Shown: positions 1 through 11,291 of the stretch, piece by piece
Layout: the number at the start of each line of letters is the position of its first letter
Numbering within the stretch: the first letter of the stretch is position 1
DNA from: Sarea resinae
Taxonomy: Eukaryota
Assembly: GCA_026026165.1 (NCBI GenBank)
Contig: JAPEUD010000012.1
Span: forward strand, 186,001 to 250,000
Reading direction: 5' to 3'
Length of the DNA: 64,000 nt
Notes under the pieces: generated by a model
Seen by the model: the letters and a program-made list of their open reading frames with translations, nothing else
Told to the model about the DNA's origin: nothing
The model's database searches: none
Program-made: the position numbers and the translations under genes

Positions 1-754
1 TATAGTTTCCATGATCTGATGTTCCTACCCTTTCGATCGATCTCATATGCCCGACTCAAGCATTTACATATACTCAAGCTCCTGTCCAGAGTTCTCTAGA
101 GCAAAGGAATATTTACACAATGCTGTGCCTCCAGCTTCATCTGTTAGAGACCTTTGCTGGCCGAAAGTAGTCCGCACTCGAAAGGTCTACGATCTTAATT
201 GGAGATGAAGGCATATCGGACCTTACGGATTCTTAAACCCACATCATGCCCGATTGCGCAAAGGAGTCATCCATTCTGCTTTCATTGATCGTTCTATTAC
301 TGGCATTGATGCCATTGTGATACATCAAAACGTGTCTGGTTTACGACATTTGATCATGCCAGAGACGGGAAAACCAGACCGTAACGATATAAACACCGCG
401 CGGGAGCCAGATTTTCCAGTAAGAGAAACGATAGAGAGGTAGGTACATGATTCGTGTATCGAGCGAATCGCAGCATTCACTCGCATAAAGTTGCATATTG
501 CAGACGGGACGAAATCAAGCCATCAGCCACTGCGTGAACGAAGTGAACGCAAACCCGTGCTTCATATAGACCTTACTCAAGACTGGGGATCTTACACGCT
601 GATATCAGAATTCATAAATAAGATTATACAAGTATATTGCGTGCCTGGGTCTACCCGCGCTGTGATTTCCCTCTACATAGGCATCCGCCCCGCTCGACTT
701 CGCAGCCTGCCGTCCTGCCGCAGCCCCCTTCGCCCCTAGAGTTTCTCGCGACCC

Positions 755-3194
755 TCACGGCTTGACCTCACGGTTAATCTTGAACGCCCTTGATCCATCC
801 CTCCTCGACATCTGACCCAGCGCAGACAGATCCTGCCATGCTTCGGGATAGGTCTTCAGTCCCCATTCCTCAACGAGATCTTTCTGATTCTGGCCAGGGA
901 TGGCGTTGTAGAACGTGCCGAGCCTATTGGGTGGTGGATGGAGTATCAGTAAAATGAAAGGAGAAAATTTTAAGGGAAGAATTCGGGCGGGAAGAAACTT
1001 ACACCAAAGCATCAGGTTTATATCCAATATCTTTCTCCATGCCATCAATCGTTTTGATGACTTCATCGTAGAGAGACTGTCCTGCCAGAGCCCCAACGTA
1101 AGCAGCAAACGTTTCTGTATTGACTTCAATTTCCAGTGTTCGAAGTCGCTGCCAGATAGCCCTGGCCTGCTTATCTCCAAATGGCGCTGCCTCACACGCA
1201 CGAAACGCAATCTGGATGCTACTATAGGTTGGCCCCTCCCGGGACTTGGTGATGTCATCCCAGTAGTCCAGACTCCTCCTCGGCATCTCGCACGCCGTGT
1301 AACCCAACATTAGAGCGTTGTAAAGTCGTGTGTTGGGCTCAATGTCCATGTCCAGCTTCAGCATGTTGTGCACTGTTTCCAGTCCTTCCAGATCCGCGGC
1401 GCGCGCTATGCCCTCGAGACACTGGACATAAGTGTCGAGCGTTGGCCGCCATTCAGGCCGTTGTGATTGGCGCATGTGCCCGAAGACATGGACGGCCATG
1501 TCTGAACGACCACGGGCGAAGAATTCCCGCATCACATGTGTGCGAGTCTCAACGGGCGTTTCGGCAAAGATGTGACGGAAGATGGTGTAAGCTTCCCATA
1601 TTAGAGCGGTCGAGTTCGAGCGGTCAAGGCAGAAGGACACGAAGACGTCGCAGACACGAGCACGCTGGTTCATGGAGTAGTGGAAAGTGTGGGCTTGTAG
1701 GAGGTCGATGACGTCGTCGAATTCTTCTCGCCGTAAGTGGAGTTGGCAAAGAGCGCATAGTGTATCAGGCTCCAGCCTCGCTTTCCGCTCATTGAGATCC
1801 TCAACTAAATCCATGATGGCGTTGTGGTCGACGCGGCGCATGCCGCACATAGCTGTGATGAGCTTATTGAGCACTGGGATGTCTTCGCCTGCTTCAATCT
1901 CTTCGGCTTGGAGGTTGCGATAGGCGGTTCTGGCGCCGTCGATATCGCCGACGGATATTCGGTAGTCCATCTGCAGGATGTAGGTTCGGCCATTTGGCTG
2001 GACATCCCACTTTTGCCCCAAGGCAACGTATCTTTCCGCGCTATATGGGTCATTCCGTTGGTTTGCAAACTCTACCAGTGCGTTTATTGTGTCGACGTCT
2101 GCACGTATGTTGCTGTTTCCTTCGTTTCTCCGTACCATCACTCCCATGATGCGGTCGAGTTCATCGACACCCCTGCCCAAAGCGGCGGCCCAGAGAAAGA
2201 TGATGTCCCAAGTAGATTTGTTGGGGTTCTTGTTCAAAACAGATTCGAAGATCTTATCACCCCATTCCATTTCGTCGTTCCGCATGCAGAATCTCAAGAT
2301 GGTGGCATTTGTGGGATACGTTGGCGACTCGTTCTCGGCGATAGGATGTTCGTACCACTTCTTTGCATTTGCGACGTCATCATTCAGCGCAAAATAGTTC
2401 GTCAATATTTGGTGAGCCTTCGCATCGAAAGGAACACCACGGCTCTCCATCAAGTTTACCGTCTGTACGAGCTCTGCTTCGTTCTTCTCCTTTGCAAACC
2501 CCTTGAGTAGAAATGTCCAGAGCCTCCGGTTGTTTTTCGAGAAGTCATCACTCCAGTAATGTCCAACGAGACCTCGCGCTTCGAGGGAGTCTCCAGTGTA
2601 GCAGAGAACCTTGACAAGGGGCAGGAGGTCCTGAGTTCCAATGGTTGAGATGAGTGAGGGATCTTCTTCTTTCCTAGTCTTGATCTCCTCAAACAGCAGC
2701 CGTGCGAATTGATTGTGCGTGGAGGTGTTGTCCTTCGGCATCCAAACCAACGCATCCCTCGCCAACTCTAGATCCTCCAACGATAGCCCAAACCCTTTCC
2801 ACTCGGGATCCAAGGCCTGTAAGTGTCTGAAGGTCTGTAGAGCTCTGATGGCCTGGATTTCTTGGAGTGGCTCGCGAGTCTGCTCCTTTGCTCGAAAGAA
2901 AGCTCTGAATGCCTGGATGAGCTCCACAGGCGGCGGAGGTCTCCTTCCTTCCTTGGATGATATGTTCAACTCGAGCATCTTCCCCAAGCCGGGGTCCAGA
3001 TCTACCGCTTTGGCCTTGCGATCGGGCTTCCGGCCGAAACCGAAGAGAGAACGTCGGGGCGGAGGACGGAGCACGGCCGCCGAGGGACTTCGACATGCAT
3101 ATCTGGGCAGGGAGCCATAGGGACACTCGTGATAGATGAACACTTCATTAGATAGTAAGCGCCGAAACACATGGCGTGTAAGATGAGACCGCAT
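755..3194 (-). CDS. cia84: Mitochondrial PPR-like protein, complex I intermediate-associated protein 84 (CIA84)-like; exons 3194-1003, 923-755
   Basis: 731-aa ORF with an Arg-rich presequence-like N-terminus (MRSHLTRHVFRRLL) and helical PPR-like repeats (PNTRLYNALMLGY, PTLDTYVQCL). Intron 1002-924 (GTAAGT..TAG) joins it in frame to LGTFYNAIPG...EVKP*. Confidence 0.8.
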
Positions 3195-3594
3195 ATCGAA
3201 GAAGGCGTGATATTATCACAGCTACTGCGTTCCGGGTCAGTACAAGCTCATACAACGGGAGAGTTCTGTCATACTTTACACATCAGAGAAGATTTAATTG
3301 GCATCAAGCCACGGTCGGATGAGTTATATACACGGCGGAATCATCGATCGAGTTGAAAGTTATGAAGGGGTGGATTGGTTGTTGAAAATGAGGAGTCGAG
3401 CTGCAGCTGGTGTATGCTTCCTCTCTCTTCGTCTCTGCGCGTTGATTGACGATGGAACTTCGGCCGTCGGAACTTCCCACCACGACATACGCTTTGCCGC
3501 TTCGAGCACTCTTCAACTTCTTCCCGATCTTCAAATCTCGACATCCGCTCGCCGCGAAACTCCAAACCACTGCACCACTTCCACAACCGCCATC

Positions 3595-4470
3595 ATGCCT
3601 CCTCGACTAACGTCCATCTCCCCTCTGCTACGGCAAGGAGAAATACAACCCATATGTCGCTCCCTCTTCTCCTCCACCGCCATTGCCCGGGCCGAAGGCG
3701 GCCCGCTGTCGAGTACGAATCCCCTCTCCCTCAATCCAGCACCCCGTCGAGGCATCAAAAGTCTCGAGCCGCAGCTAATTGGCCATGCAGGCATATTCGG
3801 CTCAGCTCCCTCCTCCAACAAAAGCACAACAGCTACGCCTTCCGCGTCCTCGACGGATCCCTCCCTATCCCAACCCACCTCCAGAGACACCAACAGATAC
3901 GCCTTCGCCCAAGACCTAGTCAAATCCCGCCGTCGGAATAACACGCAAGAAGAAATCACTAAGTTCGCCCGCGCCCATGACATCGAGCGACAGCAGACGC
4001 GGCGCTGGAAACAAGGCGACGTGTATGCGCCGCGAGATATCGGACCCAATGAGATGCTGAAGTGGAGGCGCCGGACAAAACCAAGCATGGATGCGTTCGA
4101 TATCTTGGCTATCAACCCGTTGCATCAGTATAAAGTATTTTCTCTCTCCTCTTCGCCCTCTGCACTCTCTTTCGCGCCGCCCCCCCCCCTCATTCCCCTC
4201 TTCAATTTTCAAGCCAAGCCAATGCCCGGATCTGAAACCCCAACTAACAATATTGAAACCCCCCAGAATTTCGCCATAATGTCCGAATACATGACATCAA
4301 TGGGCCGCATAAAGGGAGCCAAGGACACCGGTCTGCGTCCCGTGAATCAGCGTCGCGTGGCCAAAGCCATCCGCCGATCCATCGGCATGGGCCTCATGCC
4401 CAGCGTCCATCGCCATCCCGAGATTCTGGAAGCCGAAGCTCGGGAGAGGGGTATCAGACGGTCATTCTAA
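3595..4470 (+). CDS. RSM18: Mitochondrial ribosomal protein bS18m (Rsm18); exons 3595-4134, 4267-4470
   Basis: Motifs W..GDVYAP.D, INPL..YK/NF.IMSEYMTSMGRIK...TGLRPVNQRRVAKAIRRSIGMGLMP match the S18 family. Intron 4135-4266 is GTATTT..ACTAAC..CAG. ATG 3595 begins a presequence-like peptide. Confidence 0.9.
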   Translation: MPPRLTSISPLLRQGEIQPICRSLFSSTAIARAEGGPLSSTNPLSLNPAPRRGIKSLEPQLIGHAGIFGSAPSSNKSTTATPSASSTDPSLSQPTSRDTNRYAFAQDLVKSRRRNNTQEEITKFARAHDIERQQTRRWKQGDVYAPRDIGPNEMLKWRRRTKPSMDAFDILAINPLHQYKVFSLSSSPSALSFAPPPPLIPLFNFQAKPMPGSETPTNNIETPQNFAIMSEYMTSMGRIKGAKDTGLRPVNQRRVAKAIRRSIGMGLMPSVHRHPEILEAEARERGIRRSF

Positions 4471-4799
4471 TTGACTGAAAAATGACGACGAGTCGTGGAC
4501 TGTTTATGCAGCAGAGGCGTGCGTGCTGTAACATATCAGTATATGAAAGAGGGTTATCTTGGTGCTAAACCGGATCTATCTACGGGCTTGTCCGTCCTGG
4601 AGAAACACCAGAGGAAGAAGGGTAGATAGAATAGGATCCTTTGTAAGATATATTCGTCTCCGTCGGGTTGGGCTGCATGTTCTTGGGGCGACTTCTAGCT
4701 CCGTGGGGGCGTACTTGAATTATAGATTCTCGGTCCAGACAGAGAAATGTCATCCACACTTCACGTATCAATGCGCAATTGATCTCAAATTCCGAGTGA

Positions 4800-4840
4800 C
4801 AATCACAGTCACAATCACAATCACAATCACATCAACAATC
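4800..4840. repeat. (ACAATC)n-like microsatellite
   Basis: caatcacagtcacaatcacaatcacaatcacatcaacaatc. Confidence 0.7.
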
Positions 4841-5734
4841 ATGAATCTCAAACATCCCCCCTTTCCCTCCCTCCCTCCCTCCCTAAGAAAAATTACTCAA
4901 CAATAGCAAGCTTTCCTATAAAAAAAAAGAGTATAGTATTCCCGAAATAATCATCATCTAAAACGAATTACTGAATATCTAACCAGTCTGCTAAACATAA
5001 AAGTTTTGTGTTTTTCTCGTTTTCTGCTCTTTTTTTTGGTGGGGTTCATCTCAAAATGAAAGGAAAAGAGGGAGAAATGAGGAGGGGAAAAAAAATTTGG
5101 AGAGAGGGAGAGGGGAAAGGAGGAGAAAAGTCTCTTATTGCCGCATTCGCATCCACTGTCATCATTGCCCATTGCCCATCGCCCATCGCTCATCAAGTCT
5201 TCAAATCCTCCAATCATCAATCCATCATCGTCCCGAAACCCCAGATCCACCAGTTCACCCAAAAAGGCGCCCTTGGTGGAAGGGAGATCGCAGGCACCGC
5301 CAGAACGGCTAAGAAAAAAGTCAGAGGACAGAGAGTGTCAACCTTGGTTTTTTGCTGAATGTTAAGGTGAGTCCTCTGTTTATCTGGATTTTATCGCTGT
5401 GATGGCGGTGGCCGTGGGGTCGATGGTGGTGATGGTGGTGGGGGTTAGATCTCTGTTGTGCAGTATAGAGGATTAGTGCTATTGGGGTGGACTAGGGGAA
5501 AGATAAGCTGAGCTAAACTACGCACGTGAATAGGAAATAGGGAATAGGAATTTGAGAAAAAGAAGGGTGGGTTGTTGCAAGAGAGACTTCATATGAAGAG
5601 AGAGAGAGAGGGAGAAAGAGAAAAGGAAAATGGGCAGGATAGACCCATTTATTCCTTCACCATAAAAGAATGCAAGCAATCGAGGGGGAGAGTCAGTAAG
5701 AGGAAGAGTAAATGTATGTTTCCTCGGTCCAGCC

Positions 5735-7005
5735 CTAGGAGCAGAAGGAGAAGGAGGAAGAAGAAGCAGAAGAGAGGGGAGGACGTGTAGGTATGGACGC
5801 GAAAGCGAGGCTGGAGACGGAAACGGAGGATGTGGCAGTAAGGGTACCAATCGTGTTCAACATGGCCCGAATCGGAGTCTCGGAAAGGGGGGCCGGTGGA
5901 GGTGAAGAGTAAGAAGAAGCAAAATTATTGGACATGGTGTCATTGGAGAGGGGCGCCATCGCCATGACCAGCGATGCTTTAACCGCCCAATGCAATTAGC
6001 GGTGTTTCTCCTTGATCGACGAGCTCCCTCCATAATCTCGTTCAAGAGATACGGGACTTACCAGCAAGACAGTACGAGGTCCCCACCCACAGATTGCTGC
6101 AATCGGCATTGACCGCCGGATTCATGGTCCGAAATCCGCTCAGAGTCAGATTTCCCAGGCTCAGCGCCTTCTGGCATGCATTTGTGTCGGCGGCCGGGAC
6201 GGTGTACCAGCGGCTGCAGTTCGGGAGGCTGCCGGCGGGGAAGGTGAGGGCATAGGGAGGAAGGTAGTCTACCAACCAGGAGTCGGTTTTGCTGAGGTGA
6301 AGAAAAGGGATGTGAATCGACCAAGGGGCTCGCAGATTCTTAACAGGAAGCAAAGTGACAGCGAAAGCGAAGAGTAGAAAGATGAGAAAGGCACAACAAG
6401 AGAGCAGCACGAAGGAGATCTTTGAAGCTTATCGAAGGGTCGAGTACTTACCAACCTCACGCTTGGCCTGCTTTATACAGCGCCCAGCCAGGTCACGTTT
6501 GCCTGTGGAAAACGTTAGCAGAAAGCTTCCATCATAGAAAGTAAAGACTTACACTCAAAGTCAGGATCAGAGTTGTCAACCTCATCGGTGTTGAGGCAAC
6601 GGCCATTCAAGTCACGAGTGCCTAAAAGGTCAATCAAGAAACGTAATTACCCATGAGTGTTCGAATCACTCCAATATAAGTTAATAAAAATGGAAAAAGC
6701 GGTGCTTACACTCCTTGAGGCAACGACCTTGCATGTCACGAGTGCCTTTCAAGAGGTCAGCAAAAAAGGTCGAAACACGGGAAAGGAGAACACGCTTACA
6801 CTGGATGGCCGGGTCAGGGGCTAGGGCGTCAAGCTTCCACTGGCAAAGCCTATGCGTGGAATTAAGGGTGCCTGCAGAATTTAGTAAGGTCGAGAAAGGT
6901 CATGTCGGAGTTGGACTGACAATTAGCGTGGACCGGACTGGCCATCACGTTGACGGCGAGATTCATGCACATGAGTGCGAGAATGCTCATAGTGATTGAC
7001 TTCAT
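5735..7005 (-). CDS. Secreted Cys-repeat + LysM-domain protein (~253 aa); exons 7005-6921, 6871-6800, 6745-6710, 6621-6553, 6502-6452, 6268-6062, 5976-5735; 3' end uncertain
   Basis: Signal peptide MKSITMSILALMCMNLAVNVMA-SPV. Six GT..AG introns (donors GTCAGT, GTAAGC x2, GTAAGT x3) give one open frame: CTLNSTHRLC, CTRDMQGRC, CTRDLNGRC, CKRDLAGRC, then KREV. This is followed by a fungal-type LysM (CSRWYTV....C..A....L....FRTMNPAVNADCSNLWVGTSYCL) and a Ser/Thr-rich tail. Confidence 0.8.
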
Positions 7006-8288
7006 CCTAAAGGGCCTTGGATCTAATATGAGAGCAAGGAAGGTTAGCCAGGTGCGTAGAATAGCAAAGTATCTGAATGTGCATGAGATGAAGAGAAGGG
7101 GAAGAGAATGGGAAAGGGAGCAGCCATTAAGATATTATAAAAATCAAGGCATTTGCATGTGAATTAAAATCCATTTCGTTCCGTCAAGTGCAGACACATC
7201 GATCCGGAAGGCAAGCTCAAAGTCATCGCAAAAAGACAATCGAAGAGATAACCTACATGGCAGCGAATGCTGATACCAAAGGTGGTCAGATCAAGAACTG
7301 AGGTCTTGTCAGAGCAAGAATAAGTGAGAAATATCTCAATAGATTTCAAAGGTAGTCAAGAAGATTGACTGAGAATGAGAAAAGTCTTGGTGATTGTGAG
7401 TGAATCAATATGAAAGAAGAGGAGAGGTGCAGAAAGAAGATTTCATGAGCGTTCAAATAGCTCCGGGATCCACGCTAGAAAGGCATCTTGATTCACCGCT
7501 GTGAAGGTGTCCAAATCGGGTTGCATGATGCCGTGAATGGTAAGTGAAGACAAAGAACTCTGAGAGGAGAGTTGAGCAGAAGACCGAGATTGCCATTGGG
7601 TAGTACGATAAGGGTCTCAAAAAATGAATGTCGATGTCGCAAAACTATTCACACCCTCATCAGATCCAGGCACCTGGGTTTATATCCTCAAAAACCATAT
7701 CTGAAGGCTTTGTGTGTGTGGATAAAGATGAAGGCAGGAATATTTCAAGGGGGATTAAGTCGAAAGGAGAAGGGAATACGAAGATAATCGGCATTACAAC
7801 AATACAATTCATCAGAGAAATCATTCATCAAAGTCCTAGATGAAATTGAGATATCTCAATGAGGACATATCATATCATAGTCTCATTCTAATCGTTCTAG
7901 CTCGTTTTAAAAAACAATGAAAGGAAAGTGCTTGTGTAGCTGTCAATGTTTTACAAACATATGTACGTATGATGTGCTGTAAGTCCTTTGAATATGATCC
8001 TTTTGCTGATATAGTAGATGATGGACCGAGAAAAGGGCAGCAGGCTTCAATAAGATCAGAGATGAGAGGAGCCGGAAAACTCCGCGCTTCCCAAAAGATG
8101 TATGGCGGTAGTGCCATGCTCGATATAAGACTTGATGGGGAAAAAAACGCGCCCTGCGCCTCTACACACCGGCCGCTGATGCGTTGAAGATACCCATCTA
8201 ATATGAGAGTAAAAAAGATTCGTGTAGCTCGTATTATCCGTATGATGCATTCCCGTTCGGCGTACCGTACGCCCTAAATATTTTGGCG

Positions 8289-11200
8289 CTAAGTTCTGTC
8301 GTGCTTACGATTGAAGTCGGTGAAGGACTCGTCCTCAACACTTCCGCTAGCAAGAGCCATGTGGGGATCTCCGCTAGGAGACTTAGCCAACTCAGTCCCT
8401 CCGTCATCATCGACTCCCTTGCCGGGATCGACGATCACGCTCGATCCGATCGGCGCAGTTCTCACTCTGGTGCTAAGCGGTAGCTGATATCTCAGTACAC
8501 CGCGAACAATCAGCTCGAAGGGATGCTGGACGATCTTTTCCCATCGTTCGGTGCCGCCAGCTTCGGTCTTGTTCCCGGGTGCTGCAAGACGAACTTCTCC
8601 AATGGAGGAAGAAAAGTGGTGCTTGAAAGGTGATCCGTCAAATAGCAAAGCAGAGTCGAATTCAAAAATCCTGCCCAGAAGCATTGTCTGAGAATCACCT
8701 CCAGGGTCAGGCATCGGATCAGTGTTGTCATCGTCCATGGTATGGTAATGGTTGCCACCATCCATCAGCGAGGGTGGCTCAGACTGTAAACCCCTGAGTC
8801 GAGGATTTTTGCGATTCGGCCTTGCAAGCGTGGCGGGAGGTCTAGTAGTATGATGATGGTCAGAACCAACATACTTGCTCTTGGCGAATACATTGACGTC
8901 CATATCTCCCACCGAGATCGCGACAACGTTTGGATTGACTGCTTTCACCAGTAGATCGAGCATGATTTCCTGTTCACTGGCAAGGACGTTTTGTATCTCT
9001 TGAACGCGGACATGTAGAAGAGGCTTGGTCGTCGCAAAGAGGAAACCCACCGCCCCTGAGATGACTAGGATGACCATAACGGTAAGAACAATACAGCCGG
9101 CAAGCCGGGTTGCCCATCCACGGTGACGCTCGTTATAGTAGTCCATCTGCCTGACGCTTGCACTGTTAGGTCTCCTTCCGCTGCGTGAACGAGTGACCCG
9201 CATAGAGCCAACCAACGGAGTGCGTTCATCATCGGCGCCCTCGCCATCAATATCGTAAGTGAGTACCTCGCCAGCCTTTTTCCCGTTACCAACACCAGCC
9301 AGGCGAAGTGCATGAGGATTCCGGGGACTAGAGGGTCGGGAAGACTGCCTAATGAGACTGCTAGCATTTGAGCGAAGGGGCTTCGACGGGGGTTGAAAGG
9401 GAGAATCGTTATCAAAGAGCGAGGTGTGTCCTCCTCCGCCACGGCCAAATCGTCCTATATGGTGGTGACGGTGAGTTGAGTTTCCTGGAGCCCCTCGGCC
9501 GCTGCCTGTACGGCCATCTCTGGCAGCATCTCCGCGCTCGCCACCTTCACCCTCATGGCCACTGTTATATGGATTATGAGCGAACTTCATGCTTCGCTTT
9601 GCCACCACACTATGATTGCCATCTGCTAAACCTTGTAGAGCTCTCACACCACCTCGGTGGTCTATTAAGCTTTGTACAGACGTAGCACTGGGTGTCCTAG
9701 AATGATATCTTGCCGCTCGAGGGGGATGTGGATCGGGAGGATTAGACTCGTAAACAAAGGTCTCTTCTGAATCCGAAGAGTTCGCCTCGTCGACCGCGCT
9801 GGCCACCTTTGCTTCGAATATGTCTGCCTTCGAAGATGCTGCGGCCGAAATCTAGTCAGTCCCATTTCCCAAATCCTGCGTTCGGAACCTGACAAGGATG
9901 CCGCTCTCCCATCAAAATTTGACGGTAGGTATTGAAATTCGCGAAAAGATGAACCATCTAGACAGAAGGTCTATAGGATAGGTTCAGAGACGAAGGAAAA
10001 AGGAGGACAGATATGCGGGAGCAGAATGAGCGATAAAGATGTCGGACTTACCGGTTCCAGAATTGATCGATGGTGCCTTTCGTACGATTCGCTTCTTCTC
10101 TTTTTTTGGCCTGATTGTTTCCACGCTGGGCTTCATGCGAATGCTTCCATTGGTATCCGCCCGTCCTGACGATCCGCGTTCCCCGGCACCACCTCCCAAG
10201 GCTACCTGGGGAATCGAACTGACCGTCTCCGTCTCCACCGTCATGTTCTTGGCTAATCCTTCGGCCCCAGCTTTTCCTCGTAGAGTATTAAGCTTCGTAT
10301 ATGATCGTTGAGGGGGAAGAGTGTTGGGTCTAGAAGAGCTCTTTTCGGAATCACTTTTCTTTCGGCTCTTGTCGTCGCTCTTATTGCCGCCACTTTCGCT
10401 CTCGCTACCCTTCGTGCTCTTCACGGAGTCTTCCATCGAGCTCTCGGCAACCTTATCTGTTCGATCATCAGACGATTCTCTGTTCTCGTTTGGTCCTCGT
10501 GCTGTCTCCAGCGCCGGTGTGGCTGGTAGACTGCTTTCCTGCACTGTCTCAAGCATCGGGCCATTCCCGCTGGCTCCTCTTGCCGGCGTTCGCATACCAG
10601 TGGTCGTCGCATGCTCTTCCGGTTCGGGATCCGTCGTACTTCCATCGAACCCAGCTCGGGGAGCTGTTGGGGGAGGGGTAGACCGCTGTAGGAAAATGTT
10701 TGGACTTGCAGACTGAGACTCTGCTTTCCGCGGGGAAAGTATCGAAGGGCGTATGGACGAAGAAGCCGGCGGCGGAGACTTAAGTCTCGGTGAGACCGGC
10801 CAACGAGGCGTGTTGTCTCCAGATGAACTGGCGCTCGCTTTCCGCGGTCGTGGGGCTTTGATTTGTGGTTCGGATAGCACGGTAGGCTGCATCTGTGGTA
10901 TGTTCGCGGAAGCCAAAGCTCGCTGCACCGCTGCAGCAGAAGGGACGGAAGGGGCGCTGACTCCCGATGCACTTGGGGTTCGACTTGGACTGAAGTCCTG
11001 GCTATTCTTTCTCGACCGCGTGGGTTTGGAAGCTGAGTAGGTCCCGGATCTTAACGATGGCCGAATCGGAGAGCTCTCGCGAGAAGGTTTCGGGGAGCTT
11101 GCAGCAGATGAATGCACTGAGGCTAAGTTCGAAGGACGAGTCACAGCAGCGCGAGATGAAGACTGTGAACGCCGATCGATCTTGCTGGGCCTTTCTGCAT

Positions 11201-11291
11201 CAGAGCCACTGCCATCGTGGCCAACCCCTGGCTCCGAAGTCTCGGGTTGCCCACTCATTGCCTGGTAGGGCGTCTCCTTGGCGGAAGCCAT
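8289..11291 (-). CDS. VAC7: Vacuolar segregation protein Vac7 (Fab1 regulator); exons 11291-10052, 9838-8289
   Basis: Motifs MTVETETVSSIP, ASSKADIFEAKVASAVDEANSSDSEETFVYESNP, one TM helix, then IQNVLASEQEIMLDL...NPN and PFELIVRGVLRYQLP. Intron 10051-9839 is GTAAGT..CTGAC..CAG. Start taken as the first in-frame ATG. Confidence 0.85.

Noticed and set aside
3298..3594. In-frame N-terminal extensions of RSM18 (also NASP 49797, VAC7 11429, PRP6 32879)
   Set aside because: They run through promoter or leader DNA and the track's starts are non-ATG codons. The family-typical or first plausible ATG lies downstream. Not formally excluded without Ribo-seq.
4135..4266. Other stop-free 3n introns (RSM18 132 nt, PRP6 120 nt, WEE1 48 nt, FUSC 51 nt, OAZ1 54 nt) as exitrons
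   Set aside because: They interrupt conserved domains and translate to intron-like sequence. Short stop-free 3n introns are expected by chance.
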